Program-made: the position numbers and the translations under genes
The notes under the pieces: model-generated
Seen by the model: only the letters and a program-made list of their open reading frames with translations
The model's database searches: none
What the model was told of the DNA's origin: nothing
Assembly: GCA_041671325.1 (NCBI GenBank)
Contig: JBAZBR010000005.1
Span: forward strand, 14,184 to 78,183
DNA from: Patescibacteria group bacterium
GTDB lineage: Bacteria; Patescibacteriota; Patescibacteriia; PEXW01
DNA length: 64,000 nucleotides
Direction: 5' to 3'
In this document: one piece after another, positions 45,474 through 54,793 of the stretch
Layout of the letters: each line of letters begins with the position of its first letter
Numbering within the stretch: the stretch's first letter is position 1

Positions 45474-47990
45474 TTATTTACTGATTTCACTGCCGAATTT
45501 CCTGAAAAATATCCGTTTAGTAATTTCCACCAATACTAAATAGGCCAAAACAATACCAATAATTGTTGCCAGTACATACCAAGGCAACTTGGCAAAATGG
45601 AATAATTTGCTTAAAGGCGTAAAGGGAATTAACCAAGCTATGCCAACCCCGGCCAAAGTGCTGAGCAAAAGACCCAAACTTGGCCGACTCTTTATAAACG
45701 GCATTTTTCGGGTTCGGATTATAAAAATTACCAAGACTTGGGTAGCCAATGATTCAATAAACCAGCCGGTTTGGAATTGGGCATTGGAATATTTGAAAAC
45801 CAAATACAGAACTCCATAGGTAATAAAATCGAACAAAGAGCTTACCCAGCCAAAGACAATCATGTATTTGCGGATAAATTTGATATTCCAATGCGGAGGC
45901 TTGTCCAGCAAATCGACATCAACTTTATCGCCTGGCAGGGTTATTTGGGATGAATCATAAATAAAGTTATTCAAAAGCACTTGGGTCGGCAACATGGGCA
46001 AAAAGGGCAAAAAGGCCGAGGCGACCATCATGGAAAACATATTGCCAAAATTAGAACTTAAGCCCATCATCATGTATTTCAGGGTATTCTGGAAAGTCCG
46101 CCGGCCTTCCAAAACTCCATCTTTCAAAACTTCCAAACTTTTCCTTAATAAAATAATGCTGGCTGCGTCTTTAGCCACATCAACGGCATTATTGACGGAA
46201 ATCCCCACGTCCGCCGCGCTTAAAGCTGGCGCGTCATTAATGCCATCGCCTAAATAACCCACCACATTGCCGCTTTTTCTCAAGACCCTGATTATCCTTT
46301 CTTTTTGCACGGGGCTGACACGGGCAAAAATTGTAATTTTCTTGGCTTTAACTTTCAGCGCCTCGTCGGTTAAAGCCGACATCTGGGCTCCGGTTAGAAC
46401 GCCTTTGATAGGCAATTTGATATCCCGACAGATTTTCTGGGTCAGGATTTCATTATCACCAGTCAAGATTTTAATTTCCACGCCCTTTTCTTCCAACTCC
46501 AAAATCGCTTGCAAAGAACTTTCTTTGGCTGGGTCTAAAAAGCACATAAAACCTTCAAAAACCATGCCTTTTTCTATGTCATTTTCATAAACTTTTTTGT
46601 TTATTTCAGTGGGCACTTCTCTGGTGGCGACGGCCAATACCCGAAAACCATCGGCGCTTAACTTATCAAATTCCTGTTTGATGCGATTTTCAATATCACT
46701 ATGCAGGGGAATTTGCCGACCTGCTTCCTCGTAAAAACTAGCCACCCGTAAAACATCTTCAGGCGCGCCTTTGGTTATGACTAGCCTTTGACTGTTATTT
46801 TCAACTACAATTGACTGCCGGCGCCGAGTAAAATCAAACGGGATCTCGTCAATCTTTTTAAAATTCTTGATGTCCAATTCCTTATAATCCCTAATGGCGC
46901 TATCTAAAGGATTTTGAACCCCAGTATGGTAATAGCTGCTTAAGTAAGCGTTGAGCAAAACTTTTTCGGAAATCTTTCCAAAGCTATCAACGTGTTTGAC
47001 CAAGACAATTTTATCCTCAGTCAAAGTGCCGGTTTTATCCGTACATAATATATTCATGGAACCAAGGTTTTGGATAGCCGGCATGTTTTTCACCACCACC
47101 TCTTTTTTGGCCATTGCCAAAGAACCGCGGCTTAAGGAAACCGAAAGAATAACTGGCAACAATTCCGGCGTCAGGCCAATGGCAATAGCAATTGAAAACA
47201 TCAAAGATTCCAAAATGCCTTTATGGGTAAGCGCGTTGGCAAAAAACACGAACAAGACCATGAAAATAGTCACCTTCATGATAAACATGCTGAATTGCCT
47301 AATACCCTTTTCAAATTCGGTTTCTGTCTGATTAGCCCGCAGCCTTTCCGCAATCGCGCCGAATTCCGTATTTTTTCCGGTTTTCAAAACTCGAGCTGTG
47401 GCAAAACCCGTAACAGCGTTCGTACCCATAAATATTCGGTTGGTTTGTTCGGCAATATTACCGGTTGTCGCGGTCGCCTCTGAGGCCGGACATTTTTCAG
47501 CAGGAAAAGATTCACCAGTTAAAGCAGATTGGTTGACAAAAAAATCGTCCGCTTCTAAAACTTCACAATCTGCCGGAATGACATTGCCAGGCACCAAATA
47601 CACGATATCACCCGGTACAATATCCTTAATTGGCAAATTAATTTTTTTGCCATCACGAAAAATCGATACTGTAGTAACAACCTTGGCAAAAAGTTTTTCC
47701 TCGGCCTTACGGGAACGGTAGGTGTTGGCAAAATCCATTATCCCAGAGACTAAAACCATGCCAAAAACAATCAAGGCATTTACCTTTTGGCCCACAAAAA
47801 ACGCAACCACCGCGGCAATAATAAGCATTAACAGCAAGGGGCTGCTAAATTTCTTTACGAAAAAAACCGCTGGGCCAAATTTCTTCTTTTTGTAAACCAA
47901 ATTTTCACCATATTGCAGTAATTTGGCTTGAGCTTCTACACTGGTTAAACCTAATTTTGGTTTATAAACTATCGCGGGATTTTCCATCAT
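45474..47990 (-). CDS. mgtA: Mg2+-importing P-type ATPase (MgtA/MgtB family)
   Basis: 838 aa. [21 protein letters not shown], and a 10-TM P-type architecture with an MgtA-like N-terminus. Confidence 0.8.
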   Translation of the reverse strand: MMENPAIVYKPKLGLTSVEAQAKLLQYGENLVYKKKKFGPAVFFVKKFSSPLLLMLIIAAVVAFFVGQKVNALIVFGMVLVSGIMDFANTYRSRKAEEKLFAKVVTTVSIFRDGKKINLPIKDIVPGDIVYLVPGNVIPADCEVLEADDFFVNQSALTGESFPAEKCPASEATATTGNIAEQTNRIFMGTNAVTGFATARVLKTGKNTEFGAIAERLRANQTETEFEKGIRQFSMFIMKVTIFMVLFVFFANALTHKGILESLMFSIAIAIGLTPELLPVILSVSLSRGSLAMAKKEVVVKNMPAIQNLGSMNILCTDKTGTLTEDKIVLVKHVDSFGKISEKVLLNAYLSSYYHTGVQNPLDSAIRDYKELDIKNFKKIDEIPFDFTRRRQSIVVENNSQRLVITKGAPEDVLRVASFYEEAGRQIPLHSDIENRIKQEFDKLSADGFRVLAVATREVPTEINKKVYENDIEKGMVFEGFMCFLDPAKESSLQAILELEEKGVEIKILTGDNEILTQKICRDIKLPIKGVLTGAQMSALTDEALKVKAKKITIFARVSPVQKERIIRVLRKSGNVVGYLGDGINDAPALSAADVGISVNNAVDVAKDAASIILLRKSLEVLKDGVLEGRRTFQNTLKYMMMGLSSNFGNMFSMMVASAFLPFLPMLPTQVLLNNFIYDSSQITLPGDKVDVDLLDKPPHWNIKFIRKYMIVFGWVSSLFDFITYGVLYLVFKYSNAQFQTGWFIESLATQVLVIFIIRTRKMPFIKSRPSLGLLLSTLAGVGIAWLIPFTPLSKLFHFAKLPWYVLATIIGIVLAYLVLVEITKRIFFRKFGSEISK

Positions 47991-48261
47991 TAGAGCATTA
48001 AGACTTTGCCTCTAGTATATGTCAGTTTTGGCTGAAATAAAACCGTCCGCCAGAACTGGCAGTCTTGAATTAAAAACGCGATAAAACTTACTAAAAAAAG
48101 AAGGAAGAAGCCCTATTATTAATTCTTGGAGTACATTATAAGTCAGAAATATAGTTAGGTAAGCAGAGGTATTTAAAAAAGACCTGCAAGCTTGGGTTTA
48201 AGCCTGCAGATCTAAGAACGTTTGATTATTGACTGCTCAATATTGGGATGAAAACATTGCT

Positions 48262-49026
48262 TTAATGAGCTGGACTAAACCGATATCTAATTCCAAGTAA
48301 GGTCCGCGCTGCAGCAAGATTTGCATCTTTATCAATAAGCCTTTCTGGTGATTTATCAGAACCCCAAAGATGTAATAGCGCTTCATTCACATCGTATTGT
48401 CGTTGAGCTAAGAACTGTTCAATGCCTGCAATCACTCCATCCTGATCCCCGTCGTATTCCAAAGCGTAGGCGAGTCCCCAAACGCAGAGTGCATTGATTA
48501 ATAAGTTCGTTAACTCGCGCAAATGCTTGTGAGCCTGACCATTTTTGTACTCAGGACTAGAACCATGTTTCCATTCTTCATGGAGCGGCAAGAGGTATGC
48601 AGCCACGAAGCGCGGGTAAGGCGCCTCTTGGAGCGAATTATGGGTCTGGCCCAAGAACTGCAGGATCTTCTTATGCGCTTTAAAATATCCGAGGTAAAAA
48701 GCCAATCCAGGCGGCATGAGTTTCTTCAGCCAATGCTTCACAATTAGCTGCTGACATAAAGTCGAAATCTTCGGGTTAACGTGTCCCGCGAAGAGAAGAT
48801 AGAAATCAACGCGTTTTTCTATCTCGCTATCTCTCTCCAAAATAGGGACGGTATAATCGAATGGGGGAATGATTGTACCGCTATGCAGCAATCCGATCGC
48901 CTCCTCTTCGGTATCAATGGCATTCCACCGCTTTTTAAACTCATCCCAAGTTTCAATCCTTGTAAAAGTACGGTCTAAATCGCGTTTTGTGTCGTCACGT
49001 AACATGCTCTCTCCTTTTCTGGCCAC
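48262..49026 (-). CDS. Hypothetical protein (254 aa)
   Basis: No recognisable motif. Followed by a hairpin plus T-tract at ~48181-48215 on the minus strand. Confidence 0.5.
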   Translation of the reverse strand: MARKGESMLRDDTKRDLDRTFTRIETWDEFKKRWNAIDTEEEAIGLLHSGTIIPPFDYTVPILERDSEIEKRVDFYLLFAGHVNPKISTLCQQLIVKHWLKKLMPPGLAFYLGYFKAHKKILQFLGQTHNSLQEAPYPRFVAAYLLPLHEEWKHGSSPEYKNGQAHKHLRELTNLLINALCVWGLAYALEYDGDQDGVIAGIEQFLAQRQYDVNEALLHLWGSDKSPERLIDKDANLAAARTLLGIRYRFSPAH

Positions 49027-49140
49027 CCTTTTCTGGGTAGCTTTTGAGTTTCTATGAAAACGTGAGCCATAAAGACTTTAAAACACTCCATTACTGGCGT
49101 CAAGTTTAACAATTTTAAATAATGCACGCGGCGGAACTGT

Positions 49141-49380
49141 CGCGTGGAGAAAGTGAAGCTACTCTTATTTCCATTCTTTGGAGGTCCCCAGAAATTTGGC
49201 ACGGACTGAGCAGAGCGAAGGAGTACGAATTTCTGGGGTAAAGCGAGGCTTCTCGGTTGACCCCACAAGGCAGGAACGCAGCGTAGCGAGCACGGGCTTG
49301 TGGGGAAAGCGGCACGTTTGTGGAACCCGAAGTAGCCTCGCGAATGCGGGGATACGAAGGGTGAAACAAACGATGACGCG
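49141..49380. repeat. GC-rich structured repeat (R1) in the 3' trailer of tRNA-Asn
   Basis: Contains GGTCCCCAGAAAT (49183-49195), its inverted partner AATTTCTGGGG, and the core TGGGGTAAAGCGAGGCTTC (49234-49252). The same core occurs at 55475-55493 and 58303-58321. Confidence 0.55.
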
Positions 49381-49719
49381 TGGCTCCGCGAGTCGGACTC
49401 GGACCGACAACCTACCGGTTACATTTATCCTTATGTTTCCATAAAGCATGGACTATATCTTTACCCGTCTTCGTTGCTTCGCAACTTCGTCGGGCAGGCC
49501 CGACTAAAATTACAAAGATTCAAAGGTGGGGGTACTCCGGTATCTAGTCTCTACGGTGCCCCTGTACCGATTAATGATACAAGGTTCCCACGGTATTAGC
49601 TTATCCAAATTATTCTTGGATTTAGCTTTCACCGTTATCCCGGAATGTTCATCCCAACGTTACCGTCGGGAGCTGCGTCAAATCCACAGCCGGTTGCTCT
49701 ACCATTGAGCTATCGCGGA
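49381..49719 (-). tRNA. tRNA-Asn (anticodon GUU) interrupted by a group I intron; exons 49686-49719 and 49381-49421
   Basis: Joined exons give a 75-nt cloverleaf with acceptor TCCGCGA/TCGCGGA, D-arm GCTCAATGGTAGAGC, anticodon stem ACCGG/CCGGT, loop CUGU|UAA, T-arm GTCGG-TCCGAGT-CCGAC, and CCA encoded. Confidence 0.75.
49422..49685 (-). ncRNA. Group I self-splicing intron (IC3-like) in the tRNA-Asn anticodon loop
   Basis: 264 nt. The 5' exon ends in U. The internal guide GCAGC at intron nt 10-14 pairs with exon GCUGU, giving a U-G wobble at the splice site. The intron ends in G. The core GUAGAGACUAGAUACCGGAGUACCCCCACCU resembles the P7/P3 core of the Azoarcus and Anabaena tRNA introns (GUAGAGACUAGACGGCACCCACCU), as recalled. 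Confidence 0.7.
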
Positions 49720-49750
49720 ACAATAATATTAATTATTTTGTATGGAAATA

Positions 49751-50062
49751 TTACTTACTTTTGCTTTTTTTGGCAAGTTTACTGTGTATTTCTCTATGGC
49801 AATTTGCGCAAACTAACTGGCATTTATCTAATTCGTTTTTGACCTTTTGCCAACTCCGAGTATAACCTTTTTCGGATATACCAAACTTTTTTTCATGAAT
49901 ATGGTGAAACTCTAAAGCTTCTTGGCATTTAGCATACCCACATATTTCGCATTTCGAACCTTTTAACTCCCTTGCTAGGTTTCTTACTTTGATCCTTCGT
50001 TTCTTGACTGCTTCAATCAAGTACTTTCTTCGATCAATGTAGTTGCGCTTTTCTTTCGGCAT
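49751..50062 (-). CDS. HNH endonuclease (103 aa)
   Basis: CEICGY...LEFHHI...CANCHREIH, the Cys4 zinc and HNH catalytic motif. Its stop lies 31 nt upstream of the intron-containing tRNA on the same strand. Confidence 0.75.
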   Translation of the reverse strand: MPKEKRNYIDRRKYLIEAVKKRRIKVRNLARELKGSKCEICGYAKCQEALEFHHIHEKKFGISEKGYTRSWQKVKNELDKCQLVCANCHREIHSKLAKKSKSK

Positions 50063-50067
50063 AAACC

Positions 50068-51282
50068 CTAATAGTCTTTCAATTTCTTCATGACCTCATG
50101 CTCTTTGATTCGTTCCAAAGCTTTGGCTTCAATTTGGCGAATGCGTTCCCGGGTCACGCCGAATTCTTGGCCGACTTCTTCCAAAGTGTGAGCCACCCCG
50201 TCATGCAAGCCAAAGCGCATTTCTAGAATTTTCTGCTCCCGCGGGCTTAAGCCTTCTAAAATGTCTTTTACATGATCTTTTAGCAATTGCATGGCCGCGG
50301 CCCGGTCTGGCGAAATCGTCTTTTGGTCTTCGATAAAATCGCCCAGGGTTGAATCCTCGTCATCTTCGCCGACTGAAGTTTCCAAAGAAACCGTCTCTTG
50401 GGAAATTTTGATGATGTGATGGATCTTTTCCAAAGGCTCGCCCATTTCCGCGGCAATTTCTTCAGGCATGGGTTCCCGGCCCAAGTCCTGGATTAACTGC
50501 CGTTCAATCTGCTGGAACTTATTTATGGTTTCTACCATGTGAACTGGGATACGGATGGTGCGGGATTGGTCAGCCAAAGCCCGGGTGATGGCTTGGCGGA
50601 TCCACCAGGTGGCATAAGTGGAAAATTTATAGCCTTTACGGTAGTCAAATTTTTCCACGGCCCGGAACAAGCCAATGTTGCCTTCCTGGATCAAGTCCAA
50701 AAGCGATAAAGAGCGGCCCGTAAATTTTTTGGCAATGGAAACCACCAAGCGCAAGTTCGCTTCAACTAATTTCTTTTCCGCTTCCACATCCCCGGCTTCT
50801 TTCCTTTTGGCCAAGGTAACTTCTTCGCCTGGCCGAAGCAACGGCACCTTGCCAATTTCCCGCAAATACATCTGGATTGAGTCGCCGGAAATGTCTGATA
50901 AATCCAAACGGCTTAAATCCAAGCTGGCCTTCTCTTTTTCCTTGGCTTTTTTTTCTGGAACTTTCGGTGCCTCAAAACCGCCAAGGATGTTAGTGTTTTC
51001 CACCAACCGCAAGCCTAATAAATCCAGCTTAGTCAAAAAATCCTCGTATTCCGGCAAATAATCTTCCAAATCTGGAAAAGCGTATAAAATTTCGCCTTCA
51101 GTCACAAAACCCCTTTGTTTGGCTTTTTTGGTCATTAAGTCAGCCGAATCTATAGGAAAAACAAACTTGCGCCGGGGTTCCTTTTTTTCAACTGCTTTTG
51201 CTTTTTGGCGAATTTTAGATTTCTTTTTGGCCCTTTTTACAGCTGGCTTTTTAGTGATTTTACTTTTCTTCTTTTTTGGCAT
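50068..51282 (-). CDS. rpoD: Primary RNA polymerase sigma factor (sigma-70/RpoD)
   Basis: Lys-rich N-terminus, region 1.2/2 ([53 protein letters not shown]), region 3, and region 4 ([24 protein letters not shown]). Classical dnaG-rpoD arrangement. Confidence 0.9.
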   Translation of the reverse strand: MPKKKKSKITKKPAVKRAKKKSKIRQKAKAVEKKEPRRKFVFPIDSADLMTKKAKQRGFVTEGEILYAFPDLEDYLPEYEDFLTKLDLLGLRLVENTNILGGFEAPKVPEKKAKEKEKASLDLSRLDLSDISGDSIQMYLREIGKVPLLRPGEEVTLAKRKEAGDVEAEKKLVEANLRLVVSIAKKFTGRSLSLLDLIQEGNIGLFRAVEKFDYRKGYKFSTYATWWIRQAITRALADQSRTIRIPVHMVETINKFQQIERQLIQDLGREPMPEEIAAEMGEPLEKIHHIIKISQETVSLETSVGEDDEDSTLGDFIEDQKTISPDRAAAMQLLKDHVKDILEGLSPREQKILEMRFGLHDGVAHTLEEVGQEFGVTRERIRQIEAKALERIKEHEVMKKLKDY

Positions 51283-51349
51283 AAAAATATTTTTTTGGGC
51301 AAATCAAAGGCTTGCCGACTTCAGTCTGCTTTAATATGTGTAACAAAAT

Positions 51350-53119
51350 CTATAACTTTTTTACTTTTTGGGTTAATTCTTGAAAAAGTTGAGTTAATTT
51401 TTCAACCTGATTTTTATCGCCCACTCTCTCGGCTTGCTTTAAGTCTTGAGTGAGTTGTTGCAGCTTCTTAGCTAGCCAAATCCTTTGGATTTCGTGGGTA
51501 ACGGCTTCAATTTCCCGGTGTTTTTCAACTGACGTGGCTGAACTTACGTCTGCGACTGCCATGGTCGATATTGCCAGGCTATCAGCCAGCGAAATATCAC
51601 GCTTAACAGCTTCTGTCTGCCAGCTGGCGGGATCAAAATTATTATTTTCACTATACTGAAGTTGGACGAATTTGTAAAGGCTTTGCCAAGACCCGGTAAA
51701 AGCTTCAGCTGGCAGATTTTTTGCCACCTCTGGAATCATAGTTGGCTCTAACTGCAATAAGCCTAATAGCCTTTGGCTTAATGTTTCATAACGATCGACT
51801 TTAGGCATTAAAATTGTGCGTTCGGGTTCGCCTTTGGTCATGATGGTTAACTTTTTCCTTAAGATATTTTCATCTACTCTTAACCATTCGGAAAATTTTT
51901 GTATATAATGAGCCTGTTCAATCGGGTCAGCGACCATTGAAAGAATGGGCAATAAAATCTTGGCAGCTTCTTTTTTATGCTGGACATTGCCGGCATCCCG
52001 GTTGTCCAAAGTCCGGCTGAAATAAAAATCCAAGATTGGCTGGGCTGAGCTTATGGCTTGCCGCCAGGCCGAAACGTCCTTTTTTATGCACTCATCTGGA
52101 TCTTTGCCAAATGGCAGGCTGATAACTTTAACGTCCAAGCCTTGCTTCCAAGCCACGGCAATCCCCCGCTTAGCCGCATTTTCTCCGGCTGGATCCATGT
52201 CAAAAGCCAAAGCCGCGGTTGGCGCATATCTTTTGATTAAATTTACTTGGTTTTCAGTCAAAGCCGTACCTGAAGAAGCCACCACGTTAGCCACGCCTGC
52301 TTGGTGCGAGGCAATGCAGTCCATATAGCCTTCTACCACTATTGCGACCTTGTTCTTTCGTATTTCTGCTTTGGCCAAATCCAAAGCGTACAAAACGTTG
52401 CTTTTGTTATAAACCAGAGTTTGCGGAGTGTTAATGTATTTTGCCGGTTCATTTTCATCCATGGCCCGGCCGCCAAAGCCAATGGTGTTGCCATGGGGAT
52501 CCCGAATCGGGAACATGATCCGGTTTCGGAATCGGTCATAAACGCCTTCGCCTTTTTCCCTGCGAATGCTCAAGCCTGAAGAAATCAAATGCGCTTCGCT
52601 TATTCCCCTTTTCTTCAAGGCTAAAGTCAAGCCATCCCAGGCATCAGGCGCATAGCCCAACTGGAAATTTTCAATGGTTTCGGGCTTAAGCCCGCGCATT
52701 TTTAAAAGATACTCCCGCGGCTGGTTAGCCGCTTGGGCTTTTAATAAATATTCGTGGTAATAAGAGGCGGCTAATTTCAAAGCATCCAGGATTTTTGTCC
52801 GTTCAGTGGTAAGTTTAGGGTCATATTGCGGTAAAGGCACATTGGCTTTTCTGGCCAACAGCCTTAAGGCTTCTGGAAATTCCAAGCCTTCCATCTTTTG
52901 CACAAAGGTAATTACATCTCCGCCCTCGCCGCAGCCAAAGCAATGGAAAATCTGCCGGTCCCTGGAAACCATGAAACTGGGCGTCTTTTCATTATGAAAA
53001 GGACAGCGGGCACGCAGTCTTTCCGGGCCGGCTTGTTTTAAGGGGAGATATTCGCCGATAACTTCGGCGATATCCAGCTTATTTTTTATTTCCTCGACTG
53101 GTGAATTTACTAAAACCAT
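51350..53119 (-). CDS. dnaG: DNA primase
   Basis: CHC2 zinc finger (CPFHNEKTPSFMVSRDRQIFHCFGCGEGGDVITF) and a TOPRIM domain (VVEGYMD). Confidence 0.9.
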   Translation of the reverse strand: MVLVNSPVEEIKNKLDIAEVIGEYLPLKQAGPERLRARCPFHNEKTPSFMVSRDRQIFHCFGCGEGGDVITFVQKMEGLEFPEALRLLARKANVPLPQYDPKLTTERTKILDALKLAASYYHEYLLKAQAANQPREYLLKMRGLKPETIENFQLGYAPDAWDGLTLALKKRGISEAHLISSGLSIRREKGEGVYDRFRNRIMFPIRDPHGNTIGFGGRAMDENEPAKYINTPQTLVYNKSNVLYALDLAKAEIRKNKVAIVVEGYMDCIASHQAGVANVVASSGTALTENQVNLIKRYAPTAALAFDMDPAGENAAKRGIAVAWKQGLDVKVISLPFGKDPDECIKKDVSAWRQAISSAQPILDFYFSRTLDNRDAGNVQHKKEAAKILLPILSMVADPIEQAHYIQKFSEWLRVDENILRKKLTIMTKGEPERTILMPKVDRYETLSQRLLGLLQLEPTMIPEVAKNLPAEAFTGSWQSLYKFVQLQYSENNNFDPASWQTEAVKRDISLADSLAISTMAVADVSSATSVEKHREIEAVTHEIQRIWLAKKLQQLTQDLKQAERVGDKNQVEKLTQLFQELTQKVKKL

Positions 53120-53269
53120 TGTTTGTTAAATTAAACTTTAGGCTAATTCCAAGACTACCACGCTGGTTATGCCAAGTAAAATACCCACGATTTGAAGGGT
53201 ATTTAAGGCTTTCTTACTAATCATAGCCTCGGTAAAAATAAAACTAAAAGAAAAATTTTCATATAATTT

Positions 53270-54142
53270 TTATGTTTTTAATCTGGTTAAAACGGTTTTT
53301 AAATTATTCTCAAATGGTCCTGGTTTTTCAATGGCCAAAGTTGCGACCATAGCTGCGAACTCGCCTTGCTGTCTTGGGTTATTGAATAATTCTTTGGCTT
53401 TAATAATGCCAGCTAAATACGAATCTCCAGCTCCGGTTGGATCAACCACTCGCTTGGGCGGGAAAAATTTTATATGCTGTTTCTTAGCTTCCAGAAATAA
53501 CCATGATCCAGCCCGGCCTTGAGTCATGATAATTTTGTGTAGACCTAATTTATTAAAAAAATCAATCGCTTTTTGGATTTGTTGTTTTTGGGAAATAAAT
53601 TTTAATTCCCGTTCATCTAAAATTAAATAATCAATGTGTTTTAATAACTTTTGGGCATTTTTAGGATTTTTCCAAATAATTCTTGTTCCGGACAAATACC
53701 GAATCAAACCTTGAGGGGCTAGCACGATTTGGGTTTTGAATTTTCGTAAATATTTGACCACAGCTAAAGACAGATTGTCATGAAAAAGCGGGCCTAAAAC
53801 TACAAAATCAAACTGGTTAAAATCATGCTTTTTAAGGCTTTTGATGGTAATTGAATTTTGAAAAATTTCTGCGCGTTGTAATCGATAATCAGAATTGGCT
53901 TTAGGGTATTCGTTAATGAATTTAATGGTACTTTTCGTAGGAACATGGACAAGTCGCTGACATTTCAAATTTTTTAACCACTCACGACTCCCCTGGCCAA
54001 AAGTCCCAAAGACCGTAACCTTAACACCTAAATTAAAAAGTGCGTTGCCGCAATAATAGGTTAAGCCGCCCATTTGTGAGGTCTTTTTATTGTTAATAAT
54101 AATTTCGTCCTTGCAAATAGGACCAATAATTGCGACTTTCAT
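53270..54142 (-). CDS. PfkB-family carbohydrate/nucleoside kinase (second paralog)
   Basis: DPTGAGDSYLAGII catalytic motif and an N-terminal GG sugar-binding pattern. Confidence 0.7.
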   Translation of the reverse strand: MKVAIIGPICKDEIIINNKKTSQMGGLTYYCGNALFNLGVKVTVFGTFGQGSREWLKNLKCQRLVHVPTKSTIKFINEYPKANSDYRLQRAEIFQNSITIKSLKKHDFNQFDFVVLGPLFHDNLSLAVVKYLRKFKTQIVLAPQGLIRYLSGTRIIWKNPKNAQKLLKHIDYLILDERELKFISQKQQIQKAIDFFNKLGLHKIIMTQGRAGSWLFLEAKKQHIKFFPPKRVVDPTGAGDSYLAGIIKAKELFNNPRQQGEFAAMVATLAIEKPGPFENNLKTVLTRLKT

Positions 54143-54144
54143 AT

Positions 54145-54786
54145 TTAGTCATTTATTTGATCTGGCGCAGAAGCTGATTCCTTTATTTGTTTTTTCCGTT
54201 TATATATAAGATAAACCACCCCAACAATAATTATGACAACTATAAGATAATCGACTATTTCCGTGTACTTCCGCAAATTTTCCCAATTCTGTTTAAGTAA
54301 AAAACCCACGTAAGTCAAAAGACTGTTCCAAATGGCTGCGCCAGTAACAGTGTAAAGGATAAATTTGCCTAAATTCATTTCCCCTACTCCGGCTGGAATG
54401 GAAATTAAATGCCTGACTACGGGTATAAACCGACTAATAAAAATGGTCTTATCGCCGTTTCTTTTGAAGAAGGCTTCGGTCTTGTCCAAATGGTGTTCAT
54501 TCAGCAAAAAATATTTGCCGAATTTTTTCACAAAGGGCCGGCCGCCGTACTTGCCGATATAATAGGAAATCAAAGAACCGGTAATACTGCCCAGAGTGCT
54601 AAAAATCACGATCAGCCAAAAATTCAATTTGCCATCTGACCACAAGAAGCCGGCAAAAGGCATGACCGCTTCACTTGGCACGGGAAATACCATGCTTTCC
54701 ATAACCATCAAAATCCCCACGCCGAAATAGCTGGTCTTTTCAATAATTAAAGTAGCGTAGTGGATGATAAGTTCGGTCAGCCCCAT
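54145..54786 (-). CDS. DedA/VTT-family membrane protein
   Basis: Conserved DedA core: FPVPSEAVMPFAGF, ...GK.GGRPFV..FG.....D....FF...G...F.SRFIP.VR. Confidence 0.7.
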   Translation of the reverse strand: MGLTELIIHYATLIIEKTSYFGVGILMVMESMVFPVPSEAVMPFAGFLWSDGKLNFWLIVIFSTLGSITGSLISYYIGKYGGRPFVKKFGKYFLLNEHHLDKTEAFFKRNGDKTIFISRFIPVVRHLISIPAGVGEMNLGKFILYTVTGAAIWNSLLTYVGFLLKQNWENLRKYTEIVDYLIVVIIIVGVVYLIYKRKKQIKESASAPDQIND

Positions 54787-54793
54787 TTACATA

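Noticed and set aside
47991-48260. Possible M-box (Mg2+ riboswitch) in the mgtA leader, suggested by a GTTAGGTAAG stretch.
   Set aside because: The GTTAGGT-like stretch is on the wrong strand for mgtA. The remaining M-box consensus elements are not recognisable. Only a TATAAT -10 and a terminator for the upstream gene were supported.
49141-49380. R1 as RNase P RNA, tmRNA or a hammerhead ribozyme, suggested by GGGGAAAGC and GAAAC fragments.
   Set aside because: Conserved elements are missing: AGGAAAGUCCGGGCUCC for RNase P, a tRNA-like acceptor plus reading frame for tmRNA, and CUGAUGA for hammerhead. The similarity is to other local repeats instead.
53138-53224. 28-codon hydrophobic micro-ORF (MISKKALNTLQIVGILLGITSVVVLELA) between dnaG and the PfkB kinase.
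   Set aside because: The RBS spacing is poor (GAGG only 3-4 nt from the ATG) and there is no other support. Could be a small membrane peptide but cannot be substantiated from sequence alone.
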